This document shows positions 26,144 through 36,725 of a DNA stretch of 64,000 nt, piece by piece. Numbering within the stretch: position 1 is the stretch's first letter; each line of letters begins with the position of its first letter. The stretch is from Promethearchaeota archaeon (GTDB taxonomy: Archaea > Asgardarchaeota > Lokiarchaeia > Sigyniarchaeales > SOKP01), in the NCBI GenBank assembly GCA_048940765.1, contig JBHLOG010000002.1:20254-84253 (forward strand). Reading direction: 5' to 3'. The position numbers were made by a program, and so were the translations under genes. Under the pieces are notes generated by a model. The model made no database searches. It saw only the letters and a program-made list of their open reading frames with translations, and was not told where the DNA came from.

Positions 26144-29100
26144 ATGGTTGAAAATAAGCAAAAGGAAGCACTGTTAGAAACAGCGAAAATAGAGGAAAAA
26201 AATTATAATTGGAATGAAGCGGGAAAGCTTTATGAACAAATTGCAAATTATTTCTTAGAAAAGGATATAATTAATGAGGCTGCCTTTGCTTTTAAAAAAC
26301 TGGGTTTTGTTAACATAATGGCTTTAGAAACTGTAGATTCAGCATCTGAATTAAATAATAGATGCAACAATGCTAATAATGCCTTTGAAAAAGCAATAAA
26401 ATTATTTAATCAGATTGGTTCTAAAGAAGAAGAATTAGAGTGTATGGGAGAAAAATTGTATGCTCAAGTATTTATCTCAAAATCTATTGAAAATGTAAAG
26501 AATTCACTTGAAGAATCAATTGACTCTTTCCTTAAAGCTAGTGATTTATATTCTCAAAAAGGAGACAATGAAAGTAAAGCAAGAACTCTTAGTAGAGCTT
26601 TATTCTGCATATCTTGGCTCGTACATTATGTATCTGAAGAATCTGAATATGATCTCATGTATCAAAAATACTTAGGGCTAATGGATAAAGCTTTTAACTC
26701 TGCAATAGAAGTTAAAAATATCAGATATTTGAGTGAAATTATATATGGATTAATACCGGCTAATTTCTTTCAGATCTTTTTTAAGAATTTTAAGAAAAAT
26801 GAGGATTTTGAAAACCTCATTATTAATTTAATCAAAAAAGTTAGAGAAATCCTTGATTTATTTAAAGATTTTGAAGATGATAGAGCATATTGCATGATAT
26901 ATTATGCTTATGGGAGTATGTATTGTGCTTATGCTATCCAATTTATTAAGGATGAAATAGAGCAGATAAATTGGTGTAATAAGGGAATCAACCTTCTAGA
27001 AAAAGGATTAGATTACGCAAGAAAAGCTAAAAATAATATAATAATAAATGCAGCAATATTTTTTCTTAACTGGTGGGCTTTTTTTCAGCGAAAAGTAGAT
27101 TACGTTCAAAAAAGAATATATAATGATGTTAATGAAATGTTAAAATTAGGAAAGATTTTTTCCGAATCATATCATCCTTTAGGCTTTTATGCGTATTTTT
27201 TACCAGTTTTTTATTATGCTAATATATCTCAACGAAGCTTCTTTACTATTCGTCAAAGAAAATCCTATGCTAAGCAAGGTATAAAATACGCTAAACAAGC
27301 TTTGGGTTTTATATCTCCAAATTTACCATATTCAGCATGGACTTCCCAAATGTTAACATATTGTTATTCAGGATTAACACATCTTTCCAGTTTAAAAGAT
27401 GAACAAAATAAATATTCTGATAAAATGTTTAATTATGCTCAAAAAGCAGTAGAAATAGGTGAAAAGTATGAAGGTGGAACCATTCGGGCAGCAGGTTATT
27501 CTTCAATGTATAGAGCATACAAAACTCTTGCAGATTTAGCTATTGATGATGAAAATAAGATAAAAATGTTGACTTCAGCTGCTGAAGCTTCTAAAAAATA
27601 TTTAGATTATACACCAGAAACTTATACAGGAGGATTGATTGGACAAATCCGATTAGGATTATTATTAGAAGATATTGGGATAATTTCAGGAAAAATAGAA
27701 TATTTAGAACAAGCAAAAGAAATATTTTATAATTTAATTGATGAGACTATTGGAAGTGGTCGTTATTCTTATGCTGCCGCTACCTATGAGTATATAGCTC
27801 GTATAGAAGATAGATTAGGAAATAATAAGTCTTCTGCTGAATTATACCATAAAGCGCAAAAATTTTACTCTAAATCATTAAAAAATGTCAAATATAAACC
27901 ACTTATGGAAAGGATTAAAGAAAAAATGTCATATGCAGATTCTTGGGCTTTAATAGAAACTGCTAAAACATATCACAAAGAAGAAAACCATATTAATGCT
28001 AAAGATTGTTATGAAAAAGCCTGTCAAATCCTGAGAAATTTATCTAGTTATAATTTTGAGGCTTCCTATTATTATGCTTGGATTTACTTAGAAGAAGCAG
28101 AACATCTAAGTAAACAAGGAGAACATTCAGCTGCGATACAACAATACATAGATAGTAGTAAGTATTATAGTGATGCGTTAAATCTACTAGATGGAGTTTT
28201 GCAGAAATCAAAAGATAAATTAGAAATAGAACGTATTAAAAAATTGATTGATGTTGCGAAAATTAGGATCAATTATTGCAATGCGAGAGTAGATGTTGAG
28301 AACGCGAGAATTTTAGGAAAAAAGGGTGAACATCTCACCGCAGGAGAGAAATTTTCTGTCGCAGCATCACAATTCAAACAAATTTGCGCAAAATTTCAAA
28401 TAGAAAGGGAAAGAAGAGAATTAGAAGCAGTATATTATCTTTGTAAAGCTTGGGAAAATATGGAACTCGCAGAGAATTCTAATGATTTTCAAAGATATTC
28501 AAATGCCTCATCTTTATTTGATAAAGCTAGTAATTTATTTAGTGAAAATAAATTAAAAATGCTTTCTTTAGGTAATTCTGCATTCTGCCAAGCTTTGGAG
28601 CTTGGTTGTAAATTTGATGTAACTACAAATATAGAACTAAAAGCAGAGCTATATCCACAAATTAAAATAATACTGAGAAAAGCAGCTACTTATTATAACA
28701 AAGGTGGATTTGAAAGTGGATCTGAGTGGGCATTAGCCACATCAATATATTTTGATGCAAGTTGGCATTTAATTAGTGCAGACCAAGAAATAGAACTTGA
28801 GCAAAGAAAAAAACTTTTGGAATTAGGATCTGGCTTCCTTAAGTCTGCTGCGGAGCTCTATGCTAAAGCAGGTCATAAAAATAAAGAAAAGGAGCTCTTA
28901 GAAAGATTAGATATGGTATTGAAAGAGAAAACTATTATTGTATCAGCTTTAAATACGATAATACAACCATCTATAACAAAAGCTACTTTAGGGATAATAG
29001 CTCCAGCTTGTCCTATTGAAACTAGCCAATCTCCAAAAATAAGTGAAGTACAGAGTTATACACAAGAATATGATTTAATCGAAGAAAAAAAAGTAATTAG

Positions 29101-29977
29101 AGAGAAATATAATTTAATTTATAAAGATTTATTACAAGAATATCCAGAAAAACAAATTGATAAATTTAGATTAGGAATTGCTCAAATAGGTATTTCTACT
29201 ACTGGAGATATCTTAAATGAGTTTTATGATGAAAATCCTACCGGTTTATTGACTCTTAAAGAAAATAAAGTTGATGCAATTAATTCAAAAATAAAAGAAA
29301 TGGTTGAAAAAGCCCATCAAGAAAACATAGATGTTTTGCTTTTTCCAGAAATGACTGTGGATCTCAAATATAAACAAGTTTTTAAAAATATCGTAAATCT
29401 TGCAAAAAAATATGAAATATATCTTATCCCTGGCTCATATCATGATATTGAAACAAAAAGTAATATGAGTTATGTTATTGGTCCTGAAGGAATTCTCTGG
29501 CAACAAGAAAAGCATATTCCTGCTTTTATTAGTCTACAAGAGAAAAAGTTCAAAGAGGGAATAGAAACAAGTAATATTCCTCGAAAAATAGTCGTTTGTA
29601 ACACTAAATATGGAAGAATGACTATTGCCATTTGCCGTGATTTTCTTGATATGGATTTAAGAGTTGAATTAAAAAACTTCGAACCACCTGTTGATATCAT
29701 TTTAAATCCAGCCTTTACACCAGTCACTGCTGATTTTAAAGCAGTTCATTTTGATGCACGTAGATCAGTTTATGCCTATACATTTTTTGCAAATGTTGCA
29801 GATTATGGTGATTCCCTTATCTATACTCCAGAAAAGGAACGTACAGAAAGGATTATACCCGCAAAGGAGGAGAAAATAATATATAAAGATATTGATCTCT
29901 TTAAACTGCGTTCAGAGAGGAAAAAATGGCAGAAAGTAAAAGAAGCTGAAAAACAATTCATTCAGAGTACGAGATAA
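26144..29977 (+). CDS. Large TPR-like helical-repeat protein fused to a C-terminal carbon-nitrogen hydrolase (nitrilase superfamily) domain
   Basis: About 1000 aa of helical repeats (recurrent A/Y/W-rich 34-aa-like units). The C-terminal ~270 aa carry an E-K-C triad context: LLFPEMT (Glu 29348-29350), EKHIPAF (Lys 29510-29512), IAICRDF (Cys 29633-29635). Confidence 0.8.
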   Translation: MVENKQKEALLETAKIEEKNYNWNEAGKLYEQIANYFLEKDIINEAAFAFKKLGFVNIMALETVDSASELNNRCNNANNAFEKAIKLFNQIGSKEEELECMGEKLYAQVFISKSIENVKNSLEESIDSFLKASDLYSQKGDNESKARTLSRALFCISWLVHYVSEESEYDLMYQKYLGLMDKAFNSAIEVKNIRYLSEIIYGLIPANFFQIFFKNFKKNEDFENLIINLIKKVREILDLFKDFEDDRAYCMIYYAYGSMYCAYAIQFIKDEIEQINWCNKGINLLEKGLDYARKAKNNIIINAAIFFLNWWAFFQRKVDYVQKRIYNDVNEMLKLGKIFSESYHPLGFYAYFLPVFYYANISQRSFFTIRQRKSYAKQGIKYAKQALGFISPNLPYSAWTSQMLTYCYSGLTHLSSLKDEQNKYSDKMFNYAQKAVEIGEKYEGGTIRAAGYSSMYRAYKTLADLAIDDENKIKMLTSAAEASKKYLDYTPETYTGGLIGQIRLGLLLEDIGIISGKIEYLEQAKEIFYNLIDETIGSGRYSYAAATYEYIARIEDRLGNNKSSAELYHKAQKFYSKSLKNVKYKPLMERIKEKMSYADSWALIETAKTYHKEENHINAKDCYEKACQILRNLSSYNFEASYYYAWIYLEEAEHLSKQGEHSAAIQQYIDSSKYYSDALNLLDGVLQKSKDKLEIERIKKLIDVAKIRINYCNARVDVENARILGKKGEHLTAGEKFSVAASQFKQICAKFQIERERRELEAVYYLCKAWENMELAENSNDFQRYSNASSLFDKASNLFSENKLKMLSLGNSAFCQALELGCKFDVTTNIELKAELYPQIKIILRKAATYYNKGGFESGSEWALATSIYFDASWHLISADQEIELEQRKKLLELGSGFLKSAAELYAKAGHKNKEKELLERLDMVLKEKTIIVSALNTIIQPSITKATLGIIAPACPIETSQSPKISEVQSYTQEYDLIEEKKVIREKYNLIYKDLLQEYPEKQIDKFRLGIAQIGISTTGDILNEFYDENPTGLLTLKENKVDAINSKIKEMVEKAHQENIDVLLFPEMTVDLKYKQVFKNIVNLAKKYEIYLIPGSYHDIETKSNMSYVIGPEGILWQQEKHIPAFISLQEKKFKEGIETSNIPRKIVVCNTKYGRMTIAICRDFLDMDLRVELKNFEPPVDIILNPAFTPVTADFKAVHFDARRSVYAYTFFANVADYGDSLIYTPEKERTERIIPAKEEKIIYKDIDLFKLRSERKKWQKVKEAEKQFIQSTR

Positions 29978-30073
29978 AATAAATTTAACATGTTTATTTC
30001 ATAAAAAGAATAATTTTATTTATTTAGATATATTATAAGAATTACCTATTGATAATTTAATTAGAGAATTTTC

Positions 30074-30316
30074 ATGTGTTTGGCAATACCAGGAAAAATT
30101 TTAAAAATTGATGGAAATTCTGCATTAGTAGATTTTGATGGGATCAAACAAAACGTTATTATTGCTTTAATTCAAAATCCTGAGATAGGAAAGTTCGTTA
30201 TTGTTCATGCAGGTTATGCTATAGAAATGATGAATGAAAAAGATGCATTAGAAGCAATAGAACAATGGAAAGAACTCGCTGAAGATCAGGATTTAGATCT
30301 CTCTGATGTAATTTAA
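30074..30316 (+). CDS. hypC: Hydrogenase maturation protein HypC
   Basis: N-terminal MCLAIPGKI signature, 80 aa, OB-fold size. Confidence 0.85.
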   Translation: MCLAIPGKILKIDGNSALVDFDGIKQNVIIALIQNPEIGKFVIVHAGYAIEMMNEKDALEAIEQWKELAEDQDLDLSDVI

Positions 30317-30339
30317 TAATATATAGTAAAGCAATTTTT

Positions 30340-31143
30340 CTATATATCAAATAATTCTTGTTTCAATTTTTTTAATTTAAGATAAAGATTCTTAATAGAT
30401 TTAATTACTTCTGAATTGGAGTTAAAATCAAGAGGCGAAATACCTTCTAAATCAGCTTTTCCTATTTCAGAGTCAAAGGGAAGCGAATGATAAAGTGGAA
30501 CTTCCCAATCTTTTATTCTTTGATTAATTATATCTATTTGTATCTCATCGGTTATCTTATTAGCTATTAAATAAATATTGATTACCCCCAATTTTTTAGA
30601 TAATTCTATAATTTTCTTACAAAGATCCAAAGATTTTTGTGATGGTTCAGTTATAACTAACATTAAATCAATGCCTTTTGCTGTACCGCGACCTAAATGT
30701 TCTATACCTGCTTCAAAATCGACTATAACAACTTCATCTCGTTTTACAAACAAATTATATAAAAGGGTTCTAATCAAAGCATTTTCAGGGCATAAACAGC
30801 CTGTAGCGGGTTCCTCAATTCCCCCTAAAACTAATAATTGTAGACCATCCGGGCCAGAAACCTTGAACTTATCAGGTATATCAGAAACTTCAGGGTTTAT
30901 ATTATAGATTCCAGGACCAGCTCCTTTTACAAACGTTCTTTCTTCAATCATTGATTTCATTTCTTTAATTGGGACAATTTGATTCTTTGTATTTTCATCA
31001 ATCCCTAAAGTATAGCTAAGATTCATTGCTGAGTCATTATCAATTGCTAAAACTTTAAATCCATCTTCTGCAAACATTCTTGCTAAAATACCTGAGACTA
31101 AAGTCTTTCCCACTCCACCTTTCCCTGAAACTGCAATCTTCAT
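30340..31143 (-). CDS. cooC: CooC/AcsF-type P-loop ATPase (Ni-insertion accessory protein family)
   Basis: MKIAVSGKGGVGKT deviant Walker A and the CxC motif (GCLCPENA) typical of CooC. Confidence 0.75.
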   Translation of the reverse strand: MKIAVSGKGGVGKTLVSGILARMFAEDGFKVLAIDNDSAMNLSYTLGIDENTKNQIVPIKEMKSMIEERTFVKGAGPGIYNINPEVSDIPDKFKVSGPDGLQLLVLGGIEEPATGCLCPENALIRTLLYNLFVKRDEVVIVDFEAGIEHLGRGTAKGIDLMLVITEPSQKSLDLCKKIIELSKKLGVINIYLIANKITDEIQIDIINQRIKDWEVPLYHSLPFDSEIGKADLEGISPLDFNSNSEVIKSIKNLYLKLKKLKQELFDI

Positions 31144-31299
31144 TTTATTTTTTTTCCTTATTTTGTAATAATTGTTTTTTAATTAATGTAAATTTTTTAT
31201 TTATAGCTATTAATTTTTTTAGTTAAAAATCAGATTAAGAATAATTATAGGATAATTGAAAGTAATAATTCATAAGATTTATTTAAATATAGTTTTATA

Positions 31300-32040
31300 A
31301 TGCCAATTTTGTATGAGTTATTAAGAGATGATTACTCATTCGAAGAAGCTAAATCTCTTCAAAATAAATTTCAAAAATTAATCAAAACTAGAGGAGAGAG
31401 TAAAATTGACAATTTCAAGTCAATTAAAACTATTGCTGGAGTAGATGTGTCATATTATACTAAGGAGAAAGTCGAATACGGAGTTGCATGTGCCATTCTT
31501 TGGGACATAGATCAAGGTAAAATTGAAATATCCTGTTTTGCTCAAGATAAGATAAATTTCCCATATAAGCCAGGATTTTTAGGATTTCGAGAATGTAAAA
31601 TATTAGCAGCAGCAATTTTAAAACTTCCTAGTCCTCCAGAATTAATATTATGTGATGGACACGGAAAAATTCATCCTAGAAGATTTGGAGAAGCAATTCA
31701 TCTTGGTATCGCTCTAAATATTCCCACAATTGGTGTTGCAAAAAAAATGTTTATTGGATATTCTGATTGGAACAGAATAGAGAAATTTAAAGGTTATAAA
31801 GCACCAGTATGGTCACGAAAGCCAATTAATAAATTTAAAGGATTTTTAAATGAACTTCTTGGATACGCTGTCTGTTTAAAAGATGCTTCTAATCCTGTTT
31901 TCGTAAGTGAAGGGTATAAAGTTGATATTGATACTGCATTAAATATATGTTTGCTCACAACGAAAGAACATAGACAACCCGAACCGCTTTATTTAGCAGA
32001 CTACTATTCTCGAGAAAAAGTAAAAGAAATTGTTCAATAA
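31300..32040 (+). CDS. nfi: Endonuclease V
   Basis: AGVDVSY, PYKPGFLGFRE and CDGHGKIHPRRFGEAIHLGIALNIPTIGVAKK match endonuclease V motifs. Confidence 0.9.
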   Translation: MPILYELLRDDYSFEEAKSLQNKFQKLIKTRGESKIDNFKSIKTIAGVDVSYYTKEKVEYGVACAILWDIDQGKIEISCFAQDKINFPYKPGFLGFRECKILAAAILKLPSPPELILCDGHGKIHPRRFGEAIHLGIALNIPTIGVAKKMFIGYSDWNRIEKFKGYKAPVWSRKPINKFKGFLNELLGYAVCLKDASNPVFVSEGYKVDIDTALNICLLTTKEHRQPEPLYLADYYSREKVKEIVQ

Positions 32041-32048
32041 TTGAAAGT

Positions 32049-32312
32049 TCAAATAGATTTCCCCATTTCTTGCATCTTTTTAGATATTTCCACAATCTCA
32101 TTGAAAATCTTCATATTTTCATCTGGATCTGCAGTTTCCAATAACTTTTCATTTAATTTTTTTATTTTAACTGTTAAATTGACAAATTCTTTAGGTGGTT
32201 CTATTTGATATAGATATTCTCTCTTTCCTTCTTTATTGATTCTAACATATACCCATTTTTCAGCCTTTTGAGACCAATTCCATCTATTCAGTGTGAATAG
32301 TCTTCTAGGCAT
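32049..32312 (-). CDS. Hypothetical protein (87 aa)
   Basis: ORF only. Confidence 0.4.
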   Translation of the reverse strand: MPRRLFTLNRWNWSQKAEKWVYVRINKEGKREYLYQIEPPKEFVNLTVKIKKLNEKLLETADPDENMKIFNEIVEISKKMQEMGKSI

Positions 32313-32409
32313 GATATAATCTCCTTTTATGAATAATTTATAGTTAAATTAAGAGAATTATATTAAATGAATACGTCTAAAAAAAATATTGGTTTATAAA
32401 ACTTAAATA

Positions 32410-33687
32410 TTATTCAGTAATGTCACTTAAAAGTTTTAATACAAGCTCCCTAACATCTACATCTGTATCTCTTGTAAATTTGTTTAATATTACTTTTAGA
32501 TCATCACTTTTGTCTTCAAATTTACTCAATGCCTTAATAATACTATATCTAATCAACCAGTTCTTATCATTTAGTGCTTCAAGAAAGGCATCATAGACTT
32601 TAGTTTCTTTTATTTTACTTAATATTTTGATCGCTGTTATTTTTGTTTCAATATGTTTACTATTTAAGTTTTGAATTAGTAAATCTATGATAGTTTGTTT
32701 TTTATCCTCTTCAAGTAAGTGAAAAATGAGGTCGAAAAGTGAGGATTGATATTTTTTTGGAACATCTTTAATAATACTTATTGCTTGACTTTTTTCTTTT
32801 TTCACTTCCAGCTGTGTTCTTAGGGCATTTAATGAATTATTAAGCTCTTGATTTTCCTTCTGAAATTTTGATAACTCAGACTTTAAATCATCTATTTGGT
32901 TTCTCATTTCAGTAATTTCTAATGCGTCAGCTGGTGAGATTATAGCAGGTTCACTAGATTTTTCCAACTGTTCTTTCAGATTTTCAATTTGTGCTTTATA
33001 ATCTTTTAATTTTGATGATAATATACTATTTTTTTCATTAGCTAATTTTAGTTCTTCTGAATTTGCACCCTCTAAAAATCCTTCTACCTGTGCTTTTAAA
33101 GATTCTATTTCTAAACGAAGTAATCCATTTTGTTCCATTAATTGAAAATTTAGTCTTTTTATATTTGTTAATTCTTCATTTTCTTCATTTAGATGATGTT
33201 TTTCTTCAAGATCTTCAATTCCACTTTCCTTTATTTCTGATTCGTTAATTTGGTTTTTTAATATTTCAATTTCTTTTTTGTATTCTTCATTTTCCTCAGA
33301 TAATTTAAAAATTAGTTTTTGAGCATCAAGTAATTCCTGCTCGGTAATCTTTTGTAAATTTATTTTATTATCTGTTTCTAATCCTGAATGCAATTCTTCA
33401 ATCTTTTCAAGTAAATTTTCTATATCAATATCTTTTTTATTAAGTTCTATTCTTTGTGAAGTAATTATATCTTTAAGGATTTGGATTTCGCTAGGTAATT
33501 CATCTCTTCCTTCGATTTGACTCATTGATCTATTCTTTAAATTTTCAATTAAAATATTTTGTTCTTTAACAGTAAAATTTAATCTATTTATTTCTTCTTT
33601 CAAAGACTGAATTTTTTGTTCTAATTCAGTTGTACTGATTGCTTCTTTTTCAACAGTATCGATTAAATTTTTAAAATCCTTACTCAT
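32410..33687 (-). CDS. Coiled-coil protein with C-terminal HEAT (PBS-lyase type) repeats
   Basis: About 300 aa of heptad-rich E/K/L sequence. The C-terminus reads ETKITAIKILSKI...NWLIRYSIIKALSKF...DVDVRELVLKLL. Confidence 0.6.
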   Translation of the reverse strand: MSKDFKNLIDTVEKEAISTTELEQKIQSLKEEINRLNFTVKEQNILIENLKNRSMSQIEGRDELPSEIQILKDIITSQRIELNKKDIDIENLLEKIEELHSGLETDNKINLQKITEQELLDAQKLIFKLSEENEEYKKEIEILKNQINESEIKESGIEDLEEKHHLNEENEELTNIKRLNFQLMEQNGLLRLEIESLKAQVEGFLEGANSEELKLANEKNSILSSKLKDYKAQIENLKEQLEKSSEPAIISPADALEITEMRNQIDDLKSELSKFQKENQELNNSLNALRTQLEVKKEKSQAISIIKDVPKKYQSSLFDLIFHLLEEDKKQTIIDLLIQNLNSKHIETKITAIKILSKIKETKVYDAFLEALNDKNWLIRYSIIKALSKFEDKSDDLKVILNKFTRDTDVDVRELVLKLLSDITE

Positions 33688-33890
33688 AATTCTATATTAC
33701 CAATCAATTTAATCTAAAAGAAATTATTCATGTTGCTATCATATTAATGTTGATTATATCTATAAATCTTTAGTATTATTCATAAATTACAAATAGGACA
33801 CAATAATTTCTTATACTAATTATAGCTTATTAGAAATTTTTTTAAGTAAAAATAAAGAAAAATTGTAAAATTAATTAGTTATTAGATATT

Positions 33891-34367
33891 TCAGATGATT
33901 TTTATTTCAATGATTTTATCTCCTTGAATTATTGAATTAACCACATTTTGGTCTGAAGGACTTGACACTTCTCCAAAAATAGTATGCTTATTATTCAACC
34001 AAGGTGTCGGTACATGAGTAATGAATATTTGCGATCCATTTGTATTTGCACCCGCGTTAGCCATGGCTAATATTCCTGGTTTGTTAAATTTTCTTCCGCT
34101 TTGAAATTCATCCTTAAATGGATAACTTATTTGTTGGCCTTGATAAGGAAAAGAATTAATACCTTTATCTCTCGGACCGCCGGTTCCTCGACCTAAAGGA
34201 CAACCTACTTGAACCATAAAGTCTGCGATAACACGATGAAATATTATGTTATTATAGAAACCTTGTCTTGCTAAAAATAAAAAGCTTGCAACTGTCATTG
34301 GAGCATCTTTATCAAATAGATTGAGGTTTATATCGCCTTTATTTGTTACTATAATAGCTTTCGTCAT
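33891..34367 (-). CDS. Peptidyl-prolyl cis-trans isomerase, cyclophilin type
   Basis: FHRVIADFMVQVGCP, GILAMANAGANTNGSQIFIT and HTIFGEV. Confidence 0.9.
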   Translation of the reverse strand: MTKAIIVTNKGDINLNLFDKDAPMTVASFLFLARQGFYNNIIFHRVIADFMVQVGCPLGRGTGGPRDKGINSFPYQGQQISYPFKDEFQSGRKFNKPGILAMANAGANTNGSQIFITHVPTPWLNNKHTIFGEVSSPSDQNVVNSIIQGDKIIEIKII

Positions 34368-34516
34368 ACAAGAAGAAAAGTTGAAATCTTTATAATAATT
34401 ATGTTTTTGAAGTTATTTGTTTAAGATTTATTTTTAATGAATGAAAAATTTAAAAGTAAATACAATGATAGAATTTTTATAGAACTTGTAGATAATACCT
34501 TACTTCGAATACAAAA

Positions 34517-36667
34517 ATGGCAAAAAACGATATCTCTTTTTTTTTCAATCCGAAAAGTATTGCTGTAATTGGTGCTAGTCCCACAAAAGGAAAGGTAGGT
34601 AATACCGTTTTAAATAATATTATTAGCTCTGGATATAAGGGTAAAATTTATCCGATAAATCCTAGAGCTGATCAAGCATATGATCTACCTTGCTATAAAA
34701 ATGTTTTAGATGTACCGGAAGATATCGATATAGCTATTTTTGTTATTCCTGGTAAATTAGTAAATGAAGCTGCAGAACAATGTGGGAAAAAAGGTGTAAA
34801 AGGATTAATTATCATTTCTGCAGGATTTAAGGAAATTGGTGGAGAGGGCGTTAAAAGAGAAGAAGACCTTATAGAAATTGGTAAAAAATACAAAATGAGA
34901 ATCTTGGGTCCAAATTGCTTAGGTTTTATAGGTCTAAACTATAATGGTTCATTTGCAGCAGAAACTCCAAAAAAAGGAGAAATTGCTATGATTTCTCAGT
35001 CGGGAGCTATGCTTACGGGGATGATGGATTATTCCATGACCCAAGCCTTTGGATTTTCATGTAATATAAGTTTAGGAAATAAAGCGGATTTAGGCGCTGT
35101 AGATTTTATTGAATATCTTGCTAATGATAATAATACGAAAGTAATTCTATGTTATTTAGAAAGTATTAAAGATGGAAATCGATTTTTAGAAATTTTACCA
35201 AAAGCGACGCGTAAAAAGCCGATAATAATATTAAAATCTGGAGTAAGTGAAGCTGGTGCGAGAGCGGCCTCAAGTCATACTGGAGCATTAGCTGGTGCCG
35301 ATATTGCTTATGATCTAGCATTTGAAAAATGTGGAGTAATTAGAGCTAGAACGATCGAAGATTTATTTGATTATGGTGAGATATTTCTATTTCAGCCTGT
35401 CCCTTTGGAGAATTCATTTGCAATAATAACTAATGCTGGAGGGCCTGGAATTGTTGCTACCGATGCATTTGAGCATGAAAAGTTAAAATTTGCTAATTTT
35501 TCAGAGAAAATTCTTCACGAATTAAGAGAAAAGCTACCATTAGAAGCTGCTATCTTTAATCCAGTGGACATTATTGGAGATGCAACTCCTGATCGATATG
35601 AATTTACAATTAAAACAGTATTTGGTTTAAATTCTGGGCAAAATTTGGATGATGTCACAACTCATGGTGCTTTAATTATCGTCACACCACAAGCCCAAAC
35701 TCAACCCTTTGAAGTAGCAAAAATAGTCTATAATATTTCTAATAATCATTTAAAAGACAAACCTCTAATATGTTCTTTTATTGGAGGAAAAAATATAGCA
35801 GAAGGGAAGCAATATCTAAAACAGAACCGCATTCCATGTTATAATTTTCCCGATCGTGCTGCTCATTCATTAAAAACCTTAATAACAAGACGGCAATTTT
35901 TGAAACGTCCTTCCTTAGATGAGTTAGAAATTCCTTCATTTAAAGTAAATAAAGAAAGAGTAAGGGATATTTTTTATATTGCTAGAAGAGATAATAGAAC
36001 TGTATTATTAAGTTATGAAACAAGTGAAGTATTTGATTGTTATGGTATAAAATCTCCAAAATCACGATTAGCACAAACTCCTAGGCAGGCAATGGAATTA
36101 CAATCTGAAATTGGGAAGTCAGTAATGAAGATTGTCAGCCCACAAATCATACATAAAACTGATGTGGGAGGAATACTTTTAAATATAGCGACTGAGCAAG
36201 ATGCTTTTGAAGCTTACATCCAAATTGTCAATAATGCCAAAAAATTTGGACCGCAAAATGCAAAAATATATGGAGTAGAAGTTCAGGAAATGATCGATTT
36301 TAAAGCTGAGCTAAAAGTTAATGAAATAATTATAGGTATGTCGAGAGATCCTCAATTTGGCCCTTTAATTATGTTTGGAACTGGAGGAATTTATGCAAAT
36401 TTCATTCAAGATGTTGCTTTTGCATTATCATTTAAGTTTTCAAAGGAAGATGCAAAAAAATTAATTGAAAGCACAAAAATTAATAGTCTACTTCAGGGCG
36501 TACGAGGAGAATCAGCATCTGATATTGAATCCATTATTGACATATTATTAAGACTTTCACAGTTAGTTAACGATTTTCCTGATATTGTAGAGTTAGATAT
36601 TAATCCGCTTCTAGCATTTATTAAAGGTTATAGCGCTGTTGATATTAAAATTACAATAAAAAGGTAA
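34517..36667 (+). CDS. ADP-forming acetyl-CoA synthetase (fused alpha/beta, ACD family)
   Basis: CoA-binding N-terminus (FFNPKSIAVIGASPTKGKVGN), a succinyl-CoA-synthetase-like ligase domain (HTGALAG), and a C-terminal ATP-grasp (SPQIIHKTDVGGI). 716 aa. Confidence 0.85.
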   Translation: MAKNDISFFFNPKSIAVIGASPTKGKVGNTVLNNIISSGYKGKIYPINPRADQAYDLPCYKNVLDVPEDIDIAIFVIPGKLVNEAAEQCGKKGVKGLIIISAGFKEIGGEGVKREEDLIEIGKKYKMRILGPNCLGFIGLNYNGSFAAETPKKGEIAMISQSGAMLTGMMDYSMTQAFGFSCNISLGNKADLGAVDFIEYLANDNNTKVILCYLESIKDGNRFLEILPKATRKKPIIILKSGVSEAGARAASSHTGALAGADIAYDLAFEKCGVIRARTIEDLFDYGEIFLFQPVPLENSFAIITNAGGPGIVATDAFEHEKLKFANFSEKILHELREKLPLEAAIFNPVDIIGDATPDRYEFTIKTVFGLNSGQNLDDVTTHGALIIVTPQAQTQPFEVAKIVYNISNNHLKDKPLICSFIGGKNIAEGKQYLKQNRIPCYNFPDRAAHSLKTLITRRQFLKRPSLDELEIPSFKVNKERVRDIFYIARRDNRTVLLSYETSEVFDCYGIKSPKSRLAQTPRQAMELQSEIGKSVMKIVSPQIIHKTDVGGILLNIATEQDAFEAYIQIVNNAKKFGPQNAKIYGVEVQEMIDFKAELKVNEIIIGMSRDPQFGPLIMFGTGGIYANFIQDVAFALSFKFSKEDAKKLIESTKINSLLQGVRGESASDIESIIDILLRLSQLVNDFPDIVELDINPLLAFIKGYSAVDIKITIKR

Positions 36668-36725
36668 AAAATAACTAATAAGAAAATAAAAATTAAATTA
36701 AAAATATAAACAAAAAGGGAAAAGT

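Noticed and set aside
30578-30907. 109-aa plus-strand ORF
   Set aside because: It lies entirely inside, and antisense to, the well-supported CooC-like gene.
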